Shown here piece after piece: positions 17,736-25,252 of a stretch of DNA of 32,000 nucleotides. Numbering within the stretch: position 1 is the stretch's first letter; each line of letters opens with the position of its first letter. The notes beneath the pieces were generated by a model. It saw only the letters and a list, made by a program, of their open reading frames with translations, made no database searches and was not told the DNA's origin. The stretch is from the NCBI RefSeq assembly GCF_000018105.1, contig NC_009927.1:120001-152000 (forward strand), read 5' to 3'. The stretch is from Acaryochloris marina MBIC11017 (GTDB taxonomy: Bacteria; Cyanobacteriota; Cyanobacteriia; Thermosynechococcales; Thermosynechococcaceae). The position numbers and the translations under genes are program-made.

Positions 17736-20700
17736 CGGAGACTTCATTTACCGTAGGGACTGAGCATCTGGCTCAATTGGAAGAATTGGCCTGGACCATT
17801 GAGATGTCTGAGGGGCAGTTTACGCTGATTTTAGCGAACTGCAATTATGCTCAACTGCGAACGGCTTTAATCCAACGCTTGGCTGAGCTATGTTCTGTAG
17901 CGATCAAGCCTGTGCATTTGAATCCAGATGCAGTGACCTTGTACTCAGCTATCCAGCAGCAGCTTGGACAACAGGTTCCCCCGGCTTTGATGGTGACGGG
18001 GTTAGAATCGCTAGAAGCCTTAGAACAAGTTTTGACATCTGCGAATCAAGCCCGAGAGGAATTTCGCAAACGCCTACCCGTCCCGATGGTGCTGTGGCTG
18101 GATGATGATTTGCTGAAGCAGATGGTGCGTTTAGTTCCTGATCTAAAAAGTTGGGGGACTTCCTTTCGGTTTCAAGCTGAGCCTGTGGAATTGGTGCAGT
18201 TTCTACAAGACTGTAGCCAGCGCTTGTTTACAAAAATTCTCGATGTAGGGCAGTTTGTACCTAATTCTGAGGTATTGGGTAAACGGAATCGGCAAGAAAT
18301 TAGCTATGCAATACAAGCCTTAGAAACACCCGGGACCACTCTTAACCCAAAATTGCAAGCTACTGTGATCTTTGCTCAGGGCCGGAATGCCTATGCCAAG
18401 GGTGATTTGAAAAAGGCGCTTGATTTCTATCAGCATAGTTTGCAGGAGTGGCCGGATTCAGAACAACCCTCTGGAGGAATGCCTGCTAGGACAAACGATG
18501 AGTCTGGAAGTACCTCTGAAATAGAAAACTCACGACATAAGGGAATTGTACTGATTCATCAGGGCTGGTGTTATCAGGCAATGGCTCAACAGGATTCATC
18601 CCAAACAGCAGCATTTCTGGAACAAGCTAAGCAGTCCTTTGAGCAAGGATTGGATTGTTTAGGGGCATCGTCGGAGCTGGGGATTCTGTATCTGGGGCAA
18701 CTAGGAGAGGTTCTGCATCAGTTAGAGAATTGGGATGCGTTAGATCAACTGGCCTTAAACCTATATCAGAACACCACACCTGAAAAGCACCCTCTGCAAT
18801 ATATGGAAGCGTTGGTGTTGCGGGCACAGGTTTGCAACCATCGTCAAACCTGGGAGCCAGCTCTTGATTTGACCGAAGAAGCACTACAGATTTGGGAGGT
18901 GGGAAGTACTGAGATACAGGTGCTGGCCCAGCAGCAAATCTTGCGAATGCGTATGGGCCTACTCAGTGCCCAAGCTCAGCAAGCTCTGGGAAAGTCTCAA
19001 GCAGCTATTGACGATTTAGAGCAGACTATAGCTGCCACTGATGCAAGTGCAGATCCACATTTGTTTGTGGAGATTTTGGAGCAGCTAAGGCAGCTTTATT
19101 TTGATCAGAAAGACTATCAGAAAGCTTTTGAGACTAAGCAACTGAAAACGACGGTCAAACTCAAATTTCGATTACAGGCGTTTATTGGGGCGGGACAGTT
19201 GCAACCCCAGCTTGGGGACGAGGAAGGGATTGATGAATCCTTGGTGTTGTCGGGACGACAGCAAGATATTGAAGTGATTGTGAATGAACGGCTGAGCCAG
19301 GATCAATACAAGCTGGTGATATTGTATGGTCCTTCTGGCGTGGGCAAGAGTTCATTAGTCAAAGCAGGGCTGGTTCCAGTTTTGCAGCAGCGCGTGATTA
19401 GAGATCGGAAAACTTTGCCTGTGGTGGTGAATGTTTATAGCAATTGGGTTGCGGAGCTACAAGCAAAGCTAGAACAGGCTGCTTCTGTGCCACACACTAT
19501 GAAAACTGAGATTTCAGGTGTGGAGACCTCTGAAGATGTGAGCCAAGCATCCGATGTTGTCAAAGGTGAAACGGGCACTAGTGACAGCTTAGAGCAGATT
19601 AAGCAGCAACTTAAACACAATGTAGAGGCTCAACGATTAACTGTACTTGTTTTTGACCAGTTTGAGGAGTTCTTTTTTAACTGCCAAGAGCCTGGTTTAA
19701 GACGCCGATTCTATGAGTTTTTACAGGCTTGTTTGGACGGCAGAGCCATTCCCTTTGTGAAAGTGGTTTTATCGTTGCGGGAAGATTACTTTCACTATTT
19801 ACTTGAGTTTGGGCGGTTCACGACTAGACATGGGCTAGAGCAGGATGTACTCCGGCAAGATAATCGCTATTATTTGGGGAATTTTGATTTAGATTCAGCG
19901 CGGTTGGTCACAGAACGGCTGGCGAAACGAGCGCAATTTCATGTGCAATCGCAGGTGATTGAGCGGCTGATTGGTGATTTAGCGACGGAATTGGATCAGG
20001 TGCGTCCGATTGAATTGCAGGTGTCCGGCGCGCAACTTCAGACAGAAAATATTACAACCTTGCAGCAGTATGAACATCTTGGTGAGCAGCCCAAAAAGGT
20101 ATTAGCTAGTCGCTGGCTGGAACAGGTAGTAGAAGACTGTGGACCAGAGAACAACGAGACTGCTTGGAAGATGTTGGTTTCTTTGACTGATAGCAAGGGA
20201 ACACGACCGCTTCGAACTGAGCAAGAACTGTGGAATGCTGTCAGTACTTTTGCCTTGTTGGATACTGAAGATTCTAATCTTCAAGATTTACCTCAATCTA
20301 ACCCTGAAGATCTGACGCATTTTTCCTTGATTTTGAGAATATTGCAGGGATCTGGGTTAATTGTTCATTGGCCCCAAGAGCAAGATGATCGCTTTCAACT
20401 GGTTCATGATTATTTGGTTGAACCGATTCGACAACACTTTGACACTGACTTAGAGCAAAAACTTCGTAGTGAACGACAAGCTCGACAAAAAGCAGAAGCA
20501 GGGCGTGCAAAGCTCTTGAAGATCTCATTAGGCGGAGCTTTTATTGCCATTGCGGGTTTAATCGGTCTTTTATGGAGAGCAGAAAATTTGCGGTATAGAG
20601 CTGAGCGTCGAGAAGCTAACGCTGAAGTTTTAGCTCTAAGTCTTTCAAGTAAAAATTTGTTCGACTCCAACTATCAACTGAAATCCCTAACAAAAGCATT

Positions 20701-23224
20701 AATGGCTGGTCAAAATTTACGTGACTATGAAGAAAAACAAGAGAATCGACTAGAGAATCATATGTATGGTGTCGCAACACTTCGTGATTCCGTCTATAAC
20801 ATTCGACAGCAAAATAACCTCGAAGGCCATACCGATGCGGTCCTAGCCTTGGCCTATAGCCCGGATGGGAGCACCCTGGCCACGGCGAGTTCTGACAAGA
20901 CAGTGAAATTGTGGTCGAAGGAGGGGAGCCTGATCACTACCCTCGAAGGCCATACCGATTTGGTCCTAGCCTTGGCCTATAGCCCGGATGGGAGCACCCT
21001 GGCCACGGCGAGTTATGACAAGACAGTGAAATTGTGGTCGAAGGAGGGGAGCCTGATCACTACCCTCGAAGGCCATACCGATGCGGTCCTAGCCTTGGCC
21101 TATAGCCCGGATGGGAGCACCCTGGCCACGGCGAGTTCTGACAATACGGTGAAATTGTGGTCGAAGGAGGGGAGCCTGATCACTACCCTCGAAGGCCATA
21201 CCGATGCGGTCCTAGCCTTGGCCTATAGCCCGGATGGGAGCACCCTGGCCACGGCGAGTTCTGACAATACGGTGAAATTGTGGTCGAAGGAGGGGAGCCT
21301 GATCACTACCCTCGAAGGCCATACCGATTTGGTCCTAGCCTTGGCCTATAGCCCGGATGGGAGCACCCTGGCCACGGCGAGTTCTGACAATACGGTGAAA
21401 TTGTGGTCGAAGGAGGGGAGCCTGATCACCACCCTCGAAGGCCATACCGCTGCGGTCGGGGACTTGGCCTATAGCCCGGATGGGAGCACCCTGGCCACGG
21501 CGAGTGATGACAAGACAGTGAAATTGTGGTCGAAGGAGGGGAGCCTGATCACCACCCTCGAAGGCCATACCGCTGCGGTCGGGGACTTGGCCTATAGCCC
21601 GGATGGGAGCACCCTGGCCACGGCGAGTAGGGACAATACGGTGAAATTGTGGTCGAAGGAGGGGAGCCTGATCACCACCCTCGAAGGCCATACCGATTTG
21701 GTCCTAGCCTTGGCCTATAGCCCGGATGGGAGCACCCTGGCCACGGCGAGTTATGACAAGACGGTGAAATTGCGGTCGAAGGAGGGGAGCCTGATCACCA
21801 CCCTCGAAGGCCATACCGCTGCGGTCCTAGCCTTGGCCTATAGCCCGGATGGGAGCACCCTGGCCACGGCGAGTTCTGACAATACGGTGAAATTGTGGTC
21901 GAAGGAGGGGAGCCTGATCACCACCCTCGAAGGCCATACCGATTTGGTCAACACCTTGGCCTATAGCCCGGATGGGAGCACCCTGGCCACGGCGAGTAGG
22001 GACAATACGGTGAAATTGTGGTCGAAGGAGGGGAGCCTGATCACCACCCTCGAAGGCCATACCGATGCGATCTGGGCCTTGGCCTATAGCCCGGATGGGA
22101 GCACCCTGGCCACGGCGAGTGATGACAATACGGTGAAATTGTGGTCGAAGGAGGGGAGCCTGATCACCACCCTCGAAGGCCATACCGATGCGGTCGGGGA
22201 CTTGGCCTATAGCCCGGATGGGAGCACCCTGGCCACGGCGAGTTCTGACAATACGGTGAAATTGTGGTCGAAGGAGGGGAGCCTGATCACCACCCTCGAA
22301 GGCCATACCTATGCGATCTGGGACTTGGCCTATAGCCCGGATGGGAGCACCCTGGCCACGGCGAGTAGGGACAATACGGTGAAATTGTGGTCGAAGGAGG
22401 GGAGCCTAATCACCACCCTCGAAGGCCATACCGATGTGATCTGGGCCTTGGCCTATAGCCTGGATGGGAGCACCCTGGCCACGGCGAGTAGGGACAAGAC
22501 GGTGAAATTGTGGAACTTTGAGCTTGAAGATCTACTAAAGCGAGGCTGTCAATGGTTATCCGGCTATTTTATTCGACACCCACAGGAATTAGAATTACTA
22601 ACGGTTTGTCACAGTCCTGCGATTCTGAGTTTGGCTGCACTAGGCTTGGTCAGGCAAGGTCAAGTTCTTGCAGAAGCTGGAAATATGGAAAAAGCTCGAC
22701 AGAAGCTCCAAACTGCACTTAAATGGAGTCCCAAATTGGATCTTGATCCAGAAACTGAAATGAAAGATCGGGATGCTAAAAAGTTAGTGATTAAATGGGC
22801 TGCCCCTGCCAAAGCTGAAAAGGCTAAACAATTAGCTAGGCAAGGAAAAGTGAGTGACTCCATCCTCATTTTTCGAGAATTGCAGAGTTGGCAAGATACT
22901 GATAAGGCAGTAGAAATCTCAGCATCGTCTTGGAATTCACTTTGTTGGTTTGGGAGTTTGCATAGAAAAGCAAAATCGGTAATGTTTGCTTGTGAGAAAG
23001 CTGTCGCTTTTGACCCCAGTCATGGGGGGAGGCGCGATAGTAGAGGTTTAGCTAGAGCCTTAACCAATAACCCAAAAGGGGCAATAGAAGATTTTGAAGC
23101 GTATATCAAATTGTCTAATAGAGCTAGCGATCGTAAAAAGCAAAGGCAAAGTTGGATCGATGCCTTGAAAGCAGGGAAAGATCCTTTTACTGATGAAGTG
23201 CTGGATAGTCTCTTTGATGAATAA
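17732..23224 (+). CDS. 1830-aa multidomain STAND NTPase: degenerate P-loop-like N-module, TPR, nSTAND1-like NTPase, one TM helix, 14 WD40 repeats, TPR-like C-terminus
   Basis: N-module FTLILANCNYAQL / ALMVTGLES / VPMVLWLDDD has no Walker A. TPR-like AQGRNAYAKGDLKKALDFYQ. Walker A ILYGPSGVGKSSLVKAG (~19328), Walker B LTVLVFDQFEEFF (~19649). Hydrophobic helix ISLGGAFIAIAGLIGLLW (20522-20575). 14 x LEGHT....LAYSPDGSTLATAS.D.TVKLWSKEGSLITT. Confidence 0.9.
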   Translation: MTETSFTVGTEHLAQLEELAWTIEMSEGQFTLILANCNYAQLRTALIQRLAELCSVAIKPVHLNPDAVTLYSAIQQQLGQQVPPALMVTGLESLEALEQVLTSANQAREEFRKRLPVPMVLWLDDDLLKQMVRLVPDLKSWGTSFRFQAEPVELVQFLQDCSQRLFTKILDVGQFVPNSEVLGKRNRQEISYAIQALETPGTTLNPKLQATVIFAQGRNAYAKGDLKKALDFYQHSLQEWPDSEQPSGGMPARTNDESGSTSEIENSRHKGIVLIHQGWCYQAMAQQDSSQTAAFLEQAKQSFEQGLDCLGASSELGILYLGQLGEVLHQLENWDALDQLALNLYQNTTPEKHPLQYMEALVLRAQVCNHRQTWEPALDLTEEALQIWEVGSTEIQVLAQQQILRMRMGLLSAQAQQALGKSQAAIDDLEQTIAATDASADPHLFVEILEQLRQLYFDQKDYQKAFETKQLKTTVKLKFRLQAFIGAGQLQPQLGDEEGIDESLVLSGRQQDIEVIVNERLSQDQYKLVILYGPSGVGKSSLVKAGLVPVLQQRVIRDRKTLPVVVNVYSNWVAELQAKLEQAASVPHTMKTEISGVETSEDVSQASDVVKGETGTSDSLEQIKQQLKHNVEAQRLTVLVFDQFEEFFFNCQEPGLRRRFYEFLQACLDGRAIPFVKVVLSLREDYFHYLLEFGRFTTRHGLEQDVLRQDNRYYLGNFDLDSARLVTERLAKRAQFHVQSQVIERLIGDLATELDQVRPIELQVSGAQLQTENITTLQQYEHLGEQPKKVLASRWLEQVVEDCGPENNETAWKMLVSLTDSKGTRPLRTEQELWNAVSTFALLDTEDSNLQDLPQSNPEDLTHFSLILRILQGSGLIVHWPQEQDDRFQLVHDYLVEPIRQHFDTDLEQKLRSERQARQKAEAGRAKLLKISLGGAFIAIAGLIGLLWRAENLRYRAERREANAEVLALSLSSKNLFDSNYQLKSLTKALMAGQNLRDYEEKQENRLENHMYGVATLRDSVYNIRQQNNLEGHTDAVLALAYSPDGSTLATASSDKTVKLWSKEGSLITTLEGHTDLVLALAYSPDGSTLATASYDKTVKLWSKEGSLITTLEGHTDAVLALAYSPDGSTLATASSDNTVKLWSKEGSLITTLEGHTDAVLALAYSPDGSTLATASSDNTVKLWSKEGSLITTLEGHTDLVLALAYSPDGSTLATASSDNTVKLWSKEGSLITTLEGHTAAVGDLAYSPDGSTLATASDDKTVKLWSKEGSLITTLEGHTAAVGDLAYSPDGSTLATASRDNTVKLWSKEGSLITTLEGHTDLVLALAYSPDGSTLATASYDKTVKLRSKEGSLITTLEGHTAAVLALAYSPDGSTLATASSDNTVKLWSKEGSLITTLEGHTDLVNTLAYSPDGSTLATASRDNTVKLWSKEGSLITTLEGHTDAIWALAYSPDGSTLATASDDNTVKLWSKEGSLITTLEGHTDAVGDLAYSPDGSTLATASSDNTVKLWSKEGSLITTLEGHTYAIWDLAYSPDGSTLATASRDNTVKLWSKEGSLITTLEGHTDVIWALAYSLDGSTLATASRDKTVKLWNFELEDLLKRGCQWLSGYFIRHPQELELLTVCHSPAILSLAALGLVRQGQVLAEAGNMEKARQKLQTALKWSPKLDLDPETEMKDRDAKKLVIKWAAPAKAEKAKQLARQGKVSDSILIFRELQSWQDTDKAVEISASSWNSLCWFGSLHRKAKSVMFACEKAVAFDPSHGGRRDSRGLARALTNNPKGAIEDFEAYIKLSNRASDRKKQRQSWIDALKAGKDPFTDEVLDSLFDE
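20819..22513 (+). repeat. tandem array of 14 x 123-bp (41-codon) WD40-coding units
   Basis: Exact 123-nt period (units start at 20819, 20942, ...). A 42-nt block TTGGCCTATAGCCCGGATGGGAGCACCCTGGCCACGGCGAGT is identical in 13 of 14 units. Differences cluster at codons 6-10 and 25/27 of the unit. Confidence 0.95.
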
Positions 23225-23278
23225 TACCCTCACCACCCTTAGCAGACAAGAATCTATAGAACTAGTCTGACTGCTTTG

Positions 23279-23337
23279 TCTGAAAGGAATTCAGGGTGTG
23301 TATGATTGGTTCAGGAAACCGCCATTATCGTAACCAG
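23279..23337 (+). repeat. copy B of the dispersed direct motif (24-nt core 23314-23337 plus ~35 nt of weaker upstream similarity)
   Basis: The core GGAAACCGCCATTATCGTAACCAG matches copy C at 23/24. Upstream, CTGAAAGG..TTCA... aligns to 24196-24230 at roughly 65-70% identity without gaps. Confidence 0.8.
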
Positions 23338-23383
23338 TCGAAAGTAGGAGACAGTTCCCCCACTCTATTTCAACCTCAATATC

Positions 23384-23423
23384 AGTAGGACTATAGTAAC
23401 CTTTATGTTACTATAGTCCTACT
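23384..23423. promoter_or_regulatory. perfect 17-bp inverted repeat abutting the killer-gene start (candidate operator and promoter)
   Basis: AGTAGGACTATAGTAAC (23384-23400), a 6-nt spacer, then GTTACTATAGTCCTACT (23407-23423), with ATG at 23424. Each arm contains TATAGT. The right-arm copy ends 6 nt before the ATG. Confidence 0.5.
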
Positions 23424-23792
23424 ATGAAACTGCAAGAGTACATCAAAGAGGATGGCTCCAGTCCTTACCAAAAGTGGTTTAACCGATTAGATGCTATAGC
23501 AGCAGCAAAGGTTACGGTTGCCGTTTCTCGTCTGGAATTAGGCAACACCTCAAATGTGAAGTGGTTCGATGGAATTGGTGAATACCGGATCAATTGGGGG
23601 CCAGGATACCGTATCTATCTGATCCAAGATGGCAAGGAGTTGATTGTTTTATTGGGAGGAGGAACGAAAAAGGATCAACAGTCGGATATCACCAAGGCTA
23701 AGGAGCTTTCTCAAGAATATAAAAATCGGAAGAAGCAAGCGAATATAGATCCTCAAAAGAAGAAACAACGGCGAAAGAGAAAAAAGAAGTAA
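23424..23792 (+). CDS. addiction-module killer protein (RelE/ParE-superfamily toxin) with a Lys/Arg-rich tail
   Basis: YIKEDGSSPYQKWFNRLD...AAAKVTVAVSRLELGN.SNVKWFDGIGEYRINWGPGYRIYL.QDG.ELIVLLGGGTKK.Q..DI..AK fits the killer-protein family pattern. The C-terminal KNRKKQ...KKKQRRKRKKK extension is unusual. Confidence 0.8.
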   Translation: MKLQEYIKEDGSSPYQKWFNRLDAIAAAKVTVAVSRLELGNTSNVKWFDGIGEYRINWGPGYRIYLIQDGKELIVLLGGGTKKDQQSDITKAKELSQEYKNRKKQANIDPQKKKQRRKRKKK

Positions 23793-23797
23793 ATATC

Positions 23798-24121
23798 ATG
23801 GCATTGACGAGAGATTTCAAAGAGACTATCCACTCCCGAGTGCAGTCGGACCCTGAGTTTGCAACTGCCTTATTGGATGAAGCTGCATACCTCATGCTTA
23901 ATGGAGAGCCAGAAACAGCTCGATTAATATTGCGGGATTTAGTCAATGCGACGGTTGGCTTTGAACAACTTGCTGTCGAAGCGAATAAGCCCAGTAAGAG
24001 TCTTCATCGGATGCTATCTGCTAAAGGAAACCCAACGATGGATAGTTTGAACGCAATCTTTACTGCACTGCGTAAGAGGCTGAATGTGGATATTCAAGTT
24101 CATGCAGTTTCTTCTTCTTGA
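23798..24121 (+). CDS. addiction-module antidote protein (HTH antitoxin)
   Basis: Starts 5 nt after the toxin stop. Contains LLDEAAYLMLNGEPETARLILRDLVNATVGFEQLA...KSLHRMLS.KGNPTMDSL..IF.AL, as in the antidote proteins paired with killer proteins. Confidence 0.8.
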   Translation: MALTRDFKETIHSRVQSDPEFATALLDEAAYLMLNGEPETARLILRDLVNATVGFEQLAVEANKPSKSLHRMLSAKGNPTMDSLNAIFTALRKRLNVDIQVHAVSSS

Positions 24122-24195
24122 TGGATTCAGAACTGGAACTGAAGTGAGGGTTTCAGAAGACTGAAAATACAATATTAATTGGCTAAATCGCTTTA

Positions 24196-24254
24196 CCTGA
24201 AAGGGCTTCAAGACTTGTAAGCTTAGGGAAGGAAACAGCCATTATCGTAACCAG
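24196..24254 (+). repeat. copy C of the dispersed direct motif (core 24231-24254)
   Basis: GGAAACAGCCATTATCGTAACCAG. It ends 8 nt upstream of the recombinase ATG at 24263. Confidence 0.8.
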
Positions 24255-24262
24255 AAACCGAT

Positions 24263-25237
24263 ATGGAACTCGACGCAATACCCACCCCTCCAGCTTCGGC
24301 CCTAAAAATTCTTGAAAACGATGTTCTGAGTGATTTGCTCAGGGATAAACGATCTCCCAGCACCCGACGAGCCTACCGCAAAGACCTGACTGATTTTTTC
24401 CGCAAGATGTTTGCTGAAGATCCCACCCCTGAAATGGTGGGTCTATTCCTGGGGATGGATCGGCATGAGGCGCTGCAGCTAGTCGCCAGGTACAAGGGCA
24501 TTTTAATTGAGCTGGAGTTGGCCGAGGCCACGGTAAATCGGAGACTATCGGCCCTGAGAAGCTTGGTATCCTATGCCCGTCGAGCGGGTCAGTGCACCTG
24601 GGGCCTGGAGGATATTAAAGGTGAAAAAGTGATTGCCTATCGGGATACTTCAGGGGTGGATCTGGAGGATTTTCAGAAGATGTTGGCGATTCCAGATCGA
24701 GAAACGCAGCTAGGGAAGCGGGATTATGCGATTCTGGCCTTGCTCTGGGAAACAGCCTTGCGGCGAGGGGAGCTGAATCGTTGTAATGTCGGGGACTGGG
24801 AACCCGAGGAAAAAGCGCTGTGGATTCAGGGGAAGGGTCGAGGCACACAGAAAGAACGGGTGACGGTTGGTAACGTGAGTGCGATCGCACTGGAGGATTG
24901 GCTATCAACTCGGAAGCACTTGGAGGATGATGACCCGCTGATTGTGGCCCTGGATATCGTGCATTGGGGGCAGCGATTATCCACGACATCTATTTATAAG
25001 GTGGTCAGGAACATAGCCACGAAAGCGGGTATCAGCAAGGTGATGTCCCCACACCGGGTTAGGCATTCCTCGATCACTGCGGCACTAGATGCCACGGGTG
25101 GAAATGTCCGGGCCGTGCAGCAGCTCTCTCGCCATGCCAAGCCAGAAACAGTGATGCGCTATGACGATAATCGGAAGGATCTTCAGGGAGAGGTGACGGG
25201 GGTTTTATCTCGGTTATTGGGAGAGGCAGAGGATTGA
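24263..25237 (+). CDS. tyrosine site-specific recombinase (XerC/D-like integrase family)
   Basis: N-terminal SAM-like STRRAYRKDLTDFF. Catalytic LWETALRRGEL (Arg), HRVRHSSIT (HxxR) and SRHAKPETVMRYD (His, Tyr). Confidence 0.9.
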   Translation: MELDAIPTPPASALKILENDVLSDLLRDKRSPSTRRAYRKDLTDFFRKMFAEDPTPEMVGLFLGMDRHEALQLVARYKGILIELELAEATVNRRLSALRSLVSYARRAGQCTWGLEDIKGEKVIAYRDTSGVDLEDFQKMLAIPDRETQLGKRDYAILALLWETALRRGELNRCNVGDWEPEEKALWIQGKGRGTQKERVTVGNVSAIALEDWLSTRKHLEDDDPLIVALDIVHWGQRLSTTSIYKVVRNIATKAGISKVMSPHRVRHSSITAALDATGGNVRAVQQLSRHAKPETVMRYDDNRKDLQGEVTGVLSRLLGEAED

Positions 25238-25252
25238 GGTGAAGAGTAGTGA

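Larger units (their letters stand above)
16087..25237 (+). mobile_element. putative recombinase-associated cassette array (motif / ATPase + STAND-WD40 / motif / TA pair / motif / tyrosine recombinase)
   Basis: Three co-oriented copies of the 24-nt motif bracket two gene modules. The last copy ends 8 nt before the recombinase ATG. The boundaries and any mobility are inferred only. Confidence 0.3.

Noticed and set aside
21335-22306. Minus-strand ORFs (118 and 159 aa, MAFEGGDQAPLLRPQFHRIV...) that look like a repeat protein
   Set aside because: They are the antisense reading of the 123-bp WD40 units. The repeat keeps the opposite strand open by chance, while the + strand frame gives canonical WD40 motifs within a continuous 1830-aa ORF.
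20819-22513. Regular 123-bp periodicity that could suggest a CRISPR array
   Set aside because: There are no unique spacers: the whole unit repeats. The array is in frame and encodes WD40 blades.
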